Shown piece by piece: positions 20,302 through 29,841 of a stretch of DNA of 64,000 nt. The notes below the pieces were generated by a model. The model searched no databases. It was not told where the DNA came from and worked only from the letters and a program-made list of their open reading frames with translations. A program made the translations under genes and the position numbers. Location: positions 1,024,001 through 1,088,000 of the forward strand of contig CAWFQB010000001.1 of the NCBI GenBank assembly GCA_963817895.1, given 5' to 3'. The stretch's first letter is position 1, and each line of letters begins with the position of its first letter. This stretch comes from an uncultured Chthonomonadaceae bacterium. GTDB lineage: Bacteria > Armatimonadota > Chthonomonadetes > Chthonomonadales > Chthonomonadaceae.

Positions 20302-20329
20302 GCAGGAATTGCTAAAACGGAAAGCGAAA
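20302..20329 (+). promoter_or_regulatory. SigH-type promoter for the SNF2 operon
   Basis: GCAGGAATTGCTAAAACGGAAAGCGAAA, same spacing as the other two copies. Confidence 0.45.
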
Positions 20330-20417
20330 ATAGTGTGAAGTGGCAGTCTTCATTGCTTTGCGCAACGATCAACAATATACAGCGGCTTTCCTACGCATAT
20401 TCAAAGTGAGGTAAATC

Positions 20418-23400
20418 GTGTCTTCAGAGGTTCCTGTTGAGTTTGTTACCGGGGAAGTTGTTTGTCTGCGCTCCGATGATGAGGTCAGTGGCGTCATCAC
20501 AAAGGTTTTGCCGGGTGTTCCTGAGAACCGCTATCAGGTGTTCCTGAACAACAAACAAGTTTTCTATTACGCCAGTCAATTACAGCGCAGTGTTCCGCAG
20601 GATAGGGCTTCCGCTATTCTGCCTCTTTCTACCTTTCAAGCGCACCTTTGCGCCCTTCAGATACGCCATCCTTCTCTTTCCACGCTGTACTCGCTACATG
20701 CCGCCCGCGTCAATTTTATTCCTTACCAGTTTCGCCCGGTGTTGAAATTTATCCATTCCGACCGACCGCGCCTGTTGATTGCGGATGAGGTAGGTGTCGG
20801 CAAAACCATCGAAGCGGGCCTGATTCTGCGCGAATTGCAGGCGCGGCGCGAGATCAATTCGGTACTGATTATCTGCCCGCGTTCTCTGGTGAAGGAACAT
20901 AAATGGCAAAAGGAATTGAAACGATTTGATGAGGAATTTGAGGAATTGGACGGCGGCAAACTGCGGTCATGCCTGAATGAATTAGATTTAGACGGAGAGT
21001 GGCCGCGCAACCGGCGCAAGTGCATCGTGCCGTTTTCCGTATTCGATGAGCGGCTTGTTTTTGGCAAGGAGGGGCGGCGTTCCCGCAGTCGGGAGGGGCT
21101 TGTCAATCTGGACACGCCGCCCCATTTCGATCTGGTGATTGTGGATGAAGCCCACCACCTGCGCAACAGCAACACCTATCTGCATCAGGGCGTGAAGTTT
21201 TTTTGCGACCATGCGGATGCCGTTGTTTTGCTCACCGCGACGCCGATTCAGCTTGGCGACAACGACCTGTATACCCTCCTGCATTTGCTGCGCCCCGATT
21301 TGATTCTGGATTCAACCAGTTATCAAACCATGTCCGCGCCCAATCCCCACATCAACCGGGCGGTGGAACGGGCGCGGGGCGGCGCGGAGTATTGGCAGGC
21401 GAACTGCCTTGCGGACTTGCAGCAGGCGGGACTTACGGAATGGGGACAACGGCTATTGTCGGGCCTGCCGGAGTTTCAGGGCGCGTGTCAGCAACTATCC
21501 GGGGCGGCGTTGAACCCGGAAGAGCGAATTGCCTGCATCCGCGCAATGGAAAATCTGCACACGTTTTCCCAATTGATAAACCGTACCCGCCGCCGCGACA
21601 TCGGCAATTTCACGACGCGCAAAGCGGAAACCGTGACCGTCAATTTCACGCTCGCGCAGGAACAGTTGCACAACGCGCTGCTGGCGGTTCAGGCGCGAAT
21701 TTTGAAACGGGCGCACAAGGTGGAAATGGCGCAGGCCGTGCAGTTTATGATGACAACTCTGCGGCGGCAGGCGGCAAGCTGCCTGTACGCGCTGGCCCCG
21801 CTTATCGAACAGATATTGACGCGCCGTTACGATCCCGCAAATGCCGACGCATGGGACACTGCCGATGAGGACGACAGCGATGCGGACGGCATGGAAAGCA
21901 TTGCGCCGGACGCCCTCGTTTCGCTGCAAGTGGAAATAGCGAACGTGCTGCAAATGGCGCGTGACCTTGACCCGTTCGACCCGAAATTGCAGGCGTTCCT
22001 CAGTCTGGTACGCGACAAACAGGAACTCGCCAACCGGAAAATTCTCGTATTCAGCACGTTTCGGCATACGCTGAATTATCTGGTGACGCATCTGCTGCGA
22101 GCCAACATTCGCGTCGGACTGGTGCATGGCGGCATTTCGGATGACGAGCGTTCCGACCTGCGCAGGCGGTTTGAACTGGAAGCGAACGACTCGCAGGCCA
22201 TTGACGTGCTGCTGTCTTCGGAAGTGGGCTGCGAGGGATTGGATTACCAGTTTTGCGACTGCCTGATGAACTACGACCTGCCGTGGAACCCGATGCGCGT
22301 GGAACAGCGAATCGGGCGCATTGACCGCTACGGACAGAAAAGCGAAACTGTTTCCATTCATAATTTGGTGACGCCGGGTACGGTAGACTTTGATATTTAC
22401 GAGCGTTGTTTGTGGCGTATCGGCGTGTTTCAGCAGGCGTTGGGCGGCAGTGAAGAGATATTAGGACGGCTGACGCGGGAATTGAAAGCAGTTGCGGAGA
22501 ATCTGGAACTGACCGAAGAAGAGCGGCAGGAACGCCTGGATCAGCTTGCCGACAACGAAATCCGGCTGGTACAGGAACAGGACGCGCTGGAAGCGCAGCA
22601 GGCGGAATTGTTCGGCAACGCGCTGCCGCTAAAGCAGTTCGAGCAGGATGTGAAGGACGCCACAAGCGCGTGGCTGTCCCCGTCCGCGCTGCAAAACCTG
22701 ATCGAGCATTATCTGTCCGAAACGTGCGGCGGCGAGGGGCATATTCTGGGCGCAAAGGCGTTGAAAACCCTGCGGCTCAATCAGGACGCGCGTAATCGGC
22801 TGTTGCAGGACTTCAACAAATTGCCTCCCGCCAAATCCTCCACGCGCCGGGATTGGGAACTCTGGCTGAAAGGTGACGAGCCGCATCTGGCGATTACCTT
22901 TGAGTCGGCCTGCGCGGGCGATAACCGGGCGGCAACCTTTATGACGCCCGTTCATCCCCTCGCGCAGCAGGCGGCGCGGTTGTTTACGGATGTGCCGCCG
23001 TTTCGGACGGCCTGCCGCGTGACAGATGAGGACATTCCGCCGGGAACCTACCCGTTCGCCATTTACCAGTGGCAAAAGCGCGGTATTCGGGATGATGTCG
23101 AATTTCAGCCGGTGTGCGCGAATAAACTGTTGAACGAGCGTTTCCTGACGCTGCTGGAAACCGCGCAGACGGCGGATGGTTCGCCTTCCGACTTTCCCGC
23201 CGCAACGGAATTCGACGCGCTGGATCAGCAGCACTATCCGCTCTGGTCACAGGCGCGGGCAAAGCATCAGGAATTGACGCGGCGCATTGTCGAGCAGAGA
23301 GGGGAAAGCCTTCGCGCCAGCCATAGGGCGCGAATGGCGCAATTGCAGGATCAGCGTGACAACAACACAAACGAAAAAATACGACTGATGCGCGGTTCGG

Positions 23401-23525
23401 AAATCCGCGCCGCCGCCGCCGACTTCGACCGCCGCATAGCCGAAATCAACGCCGCCGAAGGCCGCGCCGACTTGACGGCAACACAGGTAGCCATTGGAAT
23501 ACTAATCGTGGAGGCAAAACAATGA
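20418..23525 (+). CDS. SNF2-family (RapA/DrmD-like) helicase
   Basis: LIADEVGVGKTIEAG, VIVDEAHHLRN, LLTATPIQ, SEVGCEGLDYQF and NYDLPWNPMRVEQRIGRIDRYGQ motifs; SD GAGGT before GTG. Confidence 0.93.
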   Translation: MSSEVPVEFVTGEVVCLRSDDEVSGVITKVLPGVPENRYQVFLNNKQVFYYASQLQRSVPQDRASAILPLSTFQAHLCALQIRHPSLSTLYSLHAARVNFIPYQFRPVLKFIHSDRPRLLIADEVGVGKTIEAGLILRELQARREINSVLIICPRSLVKEHKWQKELKRFDEEFEELDGGKLRSCLNELDLDGEWPRNRRKCIVPFSVFDERLVFGKEGRRSRSREGLVNLDTPPHFDLVIVDEAHHLRNSNTYLHQGVKFFCDHADAVVLLTATPIQLGDNDLYTLLHLLRPDLILDSTSYQTMSAPNPHINRAVERARGGAEYWQANCLADLQQAGLTEWGQRLLSGLPEFQGACQQLSGAALNPEERIACIRAMENLHTFSQLINRTRRRDIGNFTTRKAETVTVNFTLAQEQLHNALLAVQARILKRAHKVEMAQAVQFMMTTLRRQAASCLYALAPLIEQILTRRYDPANADAWDTADEDDSDADGMESIAPDALVSLQVEIANVLQMARDLDPFDPKLQAFLSLVRDKQELANRKILVFSTFRHTLNYLVTHLLRANIRVGLVHGGISDDERSDLRRRFELEANDSQAIDVLLSSEVGCEGLDYQFCDCLMNYDLPWNPMRVEQRIGRIDRYGQKSETVSIHNLVTPGTVDFDIYERCLWRIGVFQQALGGSEEILGRLTRELKAVAENLELTEEERQERLDQLADNEIRLVQEQDALEAQQAELFGNALPLKQFEQDVKDATSAWLSPSALQNLIEHYLSETCGGEGHILGAKALKTLRLNQDARNRLLQDFNKLPPAKSSTRRDWELWLKGDEPHLAITFESACAGDNRAATFMTPVHPLAQQAARLFTDVPPFRTACRVTDEDIPPGTYPFAIYQWQKRGIRDDVEFQPVCANKLLNERFLTLLETAQTADGSPSDFPAATEFDALDQQHYPLWSQARAKHQELTRRIVEQRGESLRASHRARMAQLQDQRDNNTNEKIRLMRGSEIRAAAADFDRRIAEINAAEGRADLTATQVAIGILIVEAKQ

Positions 23526-26500
23526 CCGACTGGTTTGATGAACTGCATGACAAGCGTAAGCGACTGGTTTCTACACTGGAGGAAAACAATACTGACCTGA
23601 GAATGTTGCTCGAAGACAAATACGCCGACCCGGTTCACTTCGTCTACGAACTGCTGCAAAATGCGGAAGATCAAAAGGCAAAACACGTCGAGTTTTTGTT
23701 GACGCCGGACCGTCTGTTGTTTAAGCATTATGGCGACACGTTCAAGCAGCGCGATGTAGACAGCATTACCAACGTCGGCAACTCCTCCAAGCAGGGACAA
23801 GTCAACAAAATAGGCTGTTTCGGCATCGGCTTCAAGTCCGTGTTCGACGTCACAAGCAGACCTCGAATCTACTCCACACTTGACGAAGAACCTTTTGCGT
23901 TTGCAATCGAAGAAAAGTTTGTGCCGGTACGCTTGTCTTGTCCCAAAGAACTGCTGGAACCGAACGAGACGCGCTTTGAATTTCCGTTCAAGCAAGGTCA
24001 GGAAGCGGAAATTTTCAGCAAAGTTTGGAAAAAACTGCGTGAACTTGGGCCGGACACCCTGTTGTTTCTGGATCATATCGAAGAAATTAAATGGCGTACC
24101 ACAACGGAAGAAGGCATTTACTTGTGTGAACGCGCCGATCCTGTAAGCGGCAAGGTTCAATTGGTATGGGAAGCAGGGCCACGGGATACAAGTAAGGAAA
24201 CGCAGTACATGCAGTTTCTTCGCTACTCCAAAATTGCGCCTATCAAGCGCGGCGACAGCGATTTGAAAGTTAGTATTGCCTTTCGGCTTGAAAACGATCA
24301 GATTGTCTCAGAGCCGGGTCTTTCCGTTCTGAACGTCTTCTTTCCAACAAGCGAAAAGACGGGACTAAAATTTCGCTTACATGCCCCTATGCTTCTAACG
24401 GACAGCCGCGCCAACATTCGTCCTGATGATCCCACCAACCGCCAGCTAGTGCGAACATGCGCTGAACTGCTGGCGGAAAGCCTGCCGAAATTGCGTGATG
24501 CAGACATGTTGACAGCCACCTGCCTTAATTGTCTGCCGATACGAGAAGAAGATTTCCCCGAACAAACTGTCTTCCGTCCACTATATGATGCAGTTCTCAA
24601 GGCATTGGCAACGCAAAAACTGCTGCCAACAGCCCGCGAAAGCTCGTGTAAGTATGTGGATGCTGTTCATGCCCGCCTCACCGAATCCAAGCCTCTACGC
24701 GCGTTTATGTCCGAGAAGCAATTGATGGAACTAGAAGATAGCGATATGCCTGTCTGCTGGCTGCCGGAAAACATTGGTAACGATACGACAAGAGATTTAT
24801 GGGTTTATCTCACAAAGCAACTTCACATTGAGACGCTCGACGGCGAAAAATTGGCGCGAAAAATCAGTGAACGCTTCCTGCAAAAACAGCCCGATGATTG
24901 GATTACGTCCTTTTATCATTTTCTTTCGACCTCACCCTATCTTTGGGACAAGAACAGGTACTCTCCACTTCGCAGTAAACCTATCATTCGATTGCAGAAT
25001 GATCAGCATGTCATACCTTTTGACAGACAGGGAAGTCCAAATGCTTTTCTGCCTACGGGCAGCAACTCGGCGCTGGATACGGTGAAAACAAGTGTCTGCG
25101 AGGATGAGAAAGCGCGCAAATTCCTTGTAGATTTAGGCCTCACTCTGCCTGATACGACTGATGAAGTAATACGGCTGATACTGCCTGCCTACAGGCAGTC
25201 ACCGTTACCTCCGTACTCTGTCTCAGAGTACAATTTGCAGCTTACCACTATTGCTACGGCAATTGAAAACTGCAAGCCTGATGAGAGTGACGAGTTACGC
25301 AGCCAACTGCTGCAAACGCCTTTTCTGCGCGTTTGCAATGCTGTTAATTCAAGCACCTGTAAATGGGTGGAGCCTGATAAACTGTACCTGCGCTCGACGG
25401 AGTTGATAAAGTGGTTTGAGGGCAATGGGGAGGCATGGTTCGCCAGTTCAACTGTGACAAAGCATCCGGGTTGGCCCTGTATCTTCAAGTTTCTGAATAC
25501 GCGCCGTAGACCTTCGTTCGGGACGGAGGAAGACGCCGTCGTCACTGACACAGTCGTATTTCGTACCGCATCTAAAGGCAAACATGGATTCGTCCACTTA
25601 TATTCTTCACATGGCTGGCATAGAAGGGGCATCAACGGCTTTGATCCCAGTTCTCAGATAGAAGGTCTTGAATTCGCGCTGTCGCACATAACCAAAGACC
25701 GCGCTTATATCCTCTGGAAACTGCTCTCAAAAGAAGCCTATTTAGTGCAGGGCTGTGTTGAAGAAGCCACTCGCCAAGATTACATCAAAAGTGACTACTC
25801 AATTGAGTTTTCCGTTGTCGGACAACTTTGCCGTAAGCACCCCTGGCTGCCGGACAGAACAGGCAATTACTTCAAGCCAGAAAACATTGCTCTTTCAGAT
25901 TTGTCCGACGACTTCGATTATATGTCTGAGACAGCCATTCAACTGGCAGAAAAACTCGGCATGAAGCAAATCGTTAAAACACAGGAACAACTGCAAGCCG
26001 AAGAACTGCACCTCACTGTAGACATTGTGGAGTACATCAAAAACAATCCTGAACTGATTGCTCAATTTGTGCGCAGCAAGCAATCACCAGTCACATCTTC
26101 ACAGTTTCCGGTGGATGAGGATGTTACGTTCTCTGAACGCAGAGCCGTCAAAGTTCAGGAGGAAGCGCGTAACAATCCAGAAGTAAGGCGAGAGCAGCGA
26201 CTACGTACTGTACGCCTGTGTTCGCCGGAATACAAAGCAGAGGCAAAGCCTTACCTTCAAAGCCACTATAAAGACGATTGGGGAACGATGTTTTGTCAGA
26301 TTTGCGAACTGCCAATGCCGTTTAAACTTCCCAATGGAGAGTCATACTTCGAGATAGTTCAGTACGTGAAGGGTCTGCCTAATGAAAGTCAGCGTCACTA
26401 CTTGGCGTTGTGTCCCCTCTGCGCGGCGAAATACCTTTATGCCAACGGCAACGACGCCGAATCTTTGCAACATGCGGCGGTTCATGCCGATTTACAAACC

Positions 26501-26632
26501 GACTCCCTTACCATACCTGTTGAACTCGCAGGCGACCACTGTACAATTCGCTTTCGCCAAAAACATTTGGGCGACCTCAAAAATACGTTGATTGGCATGT
26601 TACAGCCTGCCGGTGATAGTGAAGAAGAGTAG
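23522..26632 (+). CDS. sacsin-like GHKL ATPase with C-terminal Cys-rich HNH-like domain
   Basis: YELLQNAED and IGCFGIGFKSVF (GHKL/sacsin N-terminus); CQICE...HYLALCPLCAAKY near the C-terminus; ATGA overlap with the helicase; visibly lower GC. Confidence 0.85.
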   Translation: MTDWFDELHDKRKRLVSTLEENNTDLRMLLEDKYADPVHFVYELLQNAEDQKAKHVEFLLTPDRLLFKHYGDTFKQRDVDSITNVGNSSKQGQVNKIGCFGIGFKSVFDVTSRPRIYSTLDEEPFAFAIEEKFVPVRLSCPKELLEPNETRFEFPFKQGQEAEIFSKVWKKLRELGPDTLLFLDHIEEIKWRTTTEEGIYLCERADPVSGKVQLVWEAGPRDTSKETQYMQFLRYSKIAPIKRGDSDLKVSIAFRLENDQIVSEPGLSVLNVFFPTSEKTGLKFRLHAPMLLTDSRANIRPDDPTNRQLVRTCAELLAESLPKLRDADMLTATCLNCLPIREEDFPEQTVFRPLYDAVLKALATQKLLPTARESSCKYVDAVHARLTESKPLRAFMSEKQLMELEDSDMPVCWLPENIGNDTTRDLWVYLTKQLHIETLDGEKLARKISERFLQKQPDDWITSFYHFLSTSPYLWDKNRYSPLRSKPIIRLQNDQHVIPFDRQGSPNAFLPTGSNSALDTVKTSVCEDEKARKFLVDLGLTLPDTTDEVIRLILPAYRQSPLPPYSVSEYNLQLTTIATAIENCKPDESDELRSQLLQTPFLRVCNAVNSSTCKWVEPDKLYLRSTELIKWFEGNGEAWFASSTVTKHPGWPCIFKFLNTRRRPSFGTEEDAVVTDTVVFRTASKGKHGFVHLYSSHGWHRRGINGFDPSSQIEGLEFALSHITKDRAYILWKLLSKEAYLVQGCVEEATRQDYIKSDYSIEFSVVGQLCRKHPWLPDRTGNYFKPENIALSDLSDDFDYMSETAIQLAEKLGMKQIVKTQEQLQAEELHLTVDIVEYIKNNPELIAQFVRSKQSPVTSSQFPVDEDVTFSERRAVKVQEEARNNPEVRREQRLRTVRLCSPEYKAEAKPYLQSHYKDDWGTMFCQICELPMPFKLPNGESYFEIVQYVKGLPNESQRHYLALCPLCAAKYLYANGNDAESLQHAAVHADLQTDSLTIPVELAGDHCTIRFRQKHLGDLKNTLIGMLQPAGDSEEE

Positions 26633-26645
26633 TTCTCAACATGGA

Positions 26646-26851
26646 AGTTTCTACCCTCATCCGGCCTCCGGCCACCTTCTCCCTGCAAGGGAGAAGGCTA
26701 AATTATTGGATTGGCACGTTGGCGATGAGCTTTGTTTTGGCGTATAGATTTTTCATTGTTGGCGCTGTCTTTTATTCAGCCGCCCATTGAACACGTTCGC
26801 CTTCTCCCTTGTAGGGAGAAGGTGGCCGGAGGCCGGATGAGGGTAGAAACT
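26646..26851. repeat. REP-like inverted pair (CCCTCATCCGGCC..CCACCTTCTCCC..GGGAGAAGG)
   Basis: ~53-bp inverted arms with 1 mismatch, each arm internally palindromic; a related single copy lies near 42067-42113. Confidence 0.85.
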
Positions 26852-26859
26852 CCCAAACA

Positions 26860-26894
26860 AAAGGCAGTTCGTAAGAAATTTACGAACTGCCTTT
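26860..26894. terminator. bidirectional intrinsic terminator
   Basis: AAAGGCAGTTCGTAA-gaaat-TTACGAACTGCCTTT between convergent genes. Confidence 0.75.
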
Positions 26895-26918
26895 AACTAC
26901 GTATTCCGCAAAAAACGA

Positions 26919-27413
26919 TTAGCGGGCCTTGCGAACCTCGCGGCCACTGCCCTGTTCGTGGTAGCGGGCACTGTTGTCGCCGACGCGGTAGCCGCTCTGA
27001 CCATCGTTGTAGTTGCGGTTCCGGTTGTTGTTGTACTGGTCCCGGCTGTACTGGTCGTGGTTGTTACGGACATCCTCATGGTAACGGCGGTTGTCGTTGT
27101 AGCCGTAGCCCTCGTTGTTGCGATAACTGTCATTGTAACGGCGATTGTCGTAGCCGTAATCGCGGTCACGGCCATAGCGGTCATGGTCGGAACCGATTTG
27201 CGTGGCGGCAACCAATGCGCCTGCCCCGACAATAAGACCCGGCGCTTTGTTCTTCTGCGTCAGCAACAGGGCGGCGGCAGCCACGCCCAGGCCAAGCGCG
27301 GTGTTGCGTCGGCCCTCTTCGCTGGCATGAGCGGCAAACGGCATCGTCACAAACCCGGCTCCCATCGTTACGGCGAGCGTCAAAGCGGCGAAACGGTTAT
27401 TGGTATATTTCAT
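26919..27413 (-). CDS. secreted protein with Asn/Tyr/Arg/Asp-rich disordered tail
   Basis: Signal peptide ending AHA, hydrophobic Gly/Ala segments, YxDNRRY repeats. Confidence 0.75.
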   Translation of the reverse strand: MKYTNNRFAALTLAVTMGAGFVTMPFAAHASEEGRRNTALGLGVAAAALLLTQKNKAPGLIVGAGALVAATQIGSDHDRYGRDRDYGYDNRRYNDSYRNNEGYGYNDNRRYHEDVRNNHDQYSRDQYNNNRNRNYNDGQSGYRVGDNSARYHEQGSGREVRKAR

Positions 27414-27626
27414 GGTGTTCAGTCTCTCTTTCGGTTCCTGCAAGTGTCGTGTGTATACTGTTTAGCAACGGAAACCGGCGTTTGACGTGACAGAAAATAG
27501 TTGAGGGTTGCTAAGTAAGAATTGTGGGGAACTTGCTGAATGTGCCGGATTGTGCTACCATTATGGAAAGCGTGTTACGTTTATTCGCCTGCTCTGTTTT
27601 TGGTTCTTGTCCTCAAAGGAAGATTG

Positions 27627-29690
27627 ATGCACATTCCTGACGGCGTACTCAGTCCCTCTACTTCTGCGATTGCCGCAGCCGCCATGCTGCCCGTATGGAC
27701 GCTGGCGGCGCGGCGCGTTCGCTCGGAATTGGGAATGCGGCAAATACCGCTTTTGTCGCTCGGCGCGGCCTTCTGCTTCACCGTGATGATGTTCAACATT
27801 CCCGCGCTCGGTGGCACGACCGCGCACCCGGTTGCGGGAACCCTGCTGGCGATTCTGCTCGGCCCGTGGGCCGCTGTTATCGGCATTTCTGTCGCGCTGG
27901 GCATACAGGCGCTCTTTTTTGGGGATGGCGGCCTGTTGGCGTTCGGCGCGAACTGCTTTACCATGGCGTTTGCCCTGCCGTTTGTCGGGTACAGCGTGTA
28001 CCGCCTGTTTGCCGAACGGGGTTCCCCCGCGAAGTTGCCGCGCGCGTTCGCCGGGGCAATCGGCGCGTACATCGGCCTGAATGTCGCCGCCGCCATTGTC
28101 GCCGTGTTCCTCGGAATTCAGCCCGCCCTCTTCCACGAACCTAGCGGCCACGCCCTGTACTTTCCGTTCGGTCTGAACATAACCCTGCCCGCTATGCTCG
28201 GAACCCATCTATTGGTTGCCGGACCCGCTGAAGCCATCGTCACCGCCCTTGTTGTGAAGTACCTGCAAACGGCAGGCATCGCGCTGTATGGAGAAGAAAA
28301 AGAAAAGGAGAAAAGGAGAAAAGGAGAAAAGGAGACTGAACACCAAATACCGAATACCGAACACCGACAACCCTCATCCCTCATCCCTCATCCCTCTTCC
28401 CTTGCTGTCGGCCTGCTGGCCCTGATTGCGCTTACGCCACTCGGATTGCTGGCGAAGGGAGATGCGTGGGGGGAATGGGACGCGGCGGGCGTTCGGGAAC
28501 AGATCAAGCAGGCGCAGGGTACGGAGTACGTGCCGCAGGGAATCGCGCAGGCGGACGAACACGGCTATAAAGGCATACGCGGCCTACAGGATTATGCGGG
28601 CGACAAGGGCAAACTCGCGTATGCGGGCGCAGGTCTGCTCGGCGTAAGCGCGATTGCCGCGCTCTTGTTCCTCGGTGGGCGTCTGTTGACAAAACCGGAG
28701 GAAGGGGACAGAAAAGGAGAAAAGGAGAAAAGGAGAAGAGGAGAAGAGGAGAGGCTGGAAACAGAACGACCTCTATCAACTCTCAACTCTCAACTCTCAA
28801 CTTCCTTACCTGTCTGGCTGCAAACCTCTCCCGACTCCCGACAAGAACCGCCGAACATGGAGGGACCGCGCCCGAACCCGTTTCTGGAACGGACACTGGC
28901 GGGACTGGCGGAGAATGCGCGAACCAGCCTGCAATCGGAACACTGGGCGCGGCAGGCGGGATACTTGCAGCCGCTGGACCCCCGCGCGAAAGTGGCGTGT
29001 TTTCTCCTTCTGATTGGGATTGTGGCCGGACTGCACAGTTTGCCTGTTCTGCTGCTGCTGTACTCGCTTGCCCTGCTGCTGGCCCATACATCGCGCCTGC
29101 CGGCATCGCTTCTGCTCAAGCGCGTGTGGCTGTCCGTACCCATTTTTGTCGGCGCGTTGGCCCTGCCCGCCATGTTCAGTTTTGTCACGCCGGGGCGGAT
29201 TCTGTTCACGCTTTCGGAACGCCCCCTGATTGCCGTCACCATTCCCGGCCTGCTTGTGGCGGCGACGCTCACGCTGCGGGTTGGGGTTGCCGTCACGTTC
29301 GCTACCCTGCTGACGCTGACCACGCGCTGGAACGATCTGCTTCGCGCCCTGCGCATACTGTTCGTGCCGCGCCTGTTTCTCCTCGTGCTTGCCATGACAT
29401 ACCGCTATCTCGCCGTGCTGACGCAGATTGCCGGGGATATGTTTGTCGCCCGGCGCAGCCGAACGGTCGGCAGAATCAGTCATGCGGGCGGGCGCGGATT
29501 TGTCGGCGGCAGCATGGGCGCGCTCTTCGGCAAAACCCTCGCTCTGTCCGAAGAGGTGCATAACGCGATGCTGGCGCGCGGTTTCAACGGCGAGATGCGA
29601 ACTCTGTCCCCCCTGCGCTGGCGTCCCGCTGACTCCGCGTGGACAGCCGCAATGCTGCTCGTCGCGCTATTATGCGTAGCAATACAGTAA
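27627..29690 (+). CDS. ECF nickel/cobalt transporter, fused S component (NikM) + NikN-like + T component (NikQ)
   Basis: N-terminal MHIPDG (Ni-type), GGTTAH, AWGEW, LDPRAK, MTYRY and AMLARGF motifs. Confidence 0.88.
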   Translation: MHIPDGVLSPSTSAIAAAAMLPVWTLAARRVRSELGMRQIPLLSLGAAFCFTVMMFNIPALGGTTAHPVAGTLLAILLGPWAAVIGISVALGIQALFFGDGGLLAFGANCFTMAFALPFVGYSVYRLFAERGSPAKLPRAFAGAIGAYIGLNVAAAIVAVFLGIQPALFHEPSGHALYFPFGLNITLPAMLGTHLLVAGPAEAIVTALVVKYLQTAGIALYGEEKEKEKRRKGEKETEHQIPNTEHRQPSSLIPHPSSLAVGLLALIALTPLGLLAKGDAWGEWDAAGVREQIKQAQGTEYVPQGIAQADEHGYKGIRGLQDYAGDKGKLAYAGAGLLGVSAIAALLFLGGRLLTKPEEGDRKGEKEKRRRGEEERLETERPLSTLNSQLSTSLPVWLQTSPDSRQEPPNMEGPRPNPFLERTLAGLAENARTSLQSEHWARQAGYLQPLDPRAKVACFLLLIGIVAGLHSLPVLLLLYSLALLLAHTSRLPASLLLKRVWLSVPIFVGALALPAMFSFVTPGRILFTLSERPLIAVTIPGLLVAATLTLRVGVAVTFATLLTLTTRWNDLLRALRILFVPRLFLLVLAMTYRYLAVLTQIAGDMFVARRSRTVGRISHAGGRGFVGGSMGALFGKTLALSEEVHNAMLARGFNGEMRTLSPLRWRPADSAWTAAMLLVALLCVAIQ

Positions 29691-29817
29691 CGTAGGGGCG
29701 TTGCTTGCTGCGCCTTGCATTGCTCATTGCTGCGCCTTGCATTGCTCATTGCTGCGCCCGCGTTTGCGGAGGGTTCAGGCCTCATTTGAGGAGGGTTCAG
29801 CAAGCAGAACCCCTACA
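29691..29817. repeat. GTAG-type REP element with internal 22-bp tandem duplication
   Basis: GTAGGGGCG...ACCCCTAC ends; TTGCTGCGCCTTGCATTGCTCA occurs twice. Confidence 0.7.
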
Positions 29818-29841
29818 ATACACTCTAACCTTCTATCGTAT

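Noticed and set aside
27440..27626. Cobalamin or NiCo riboswitch before the ECF transporter
   Set aside because: No B12-box or recognisable multi-stem structure seen
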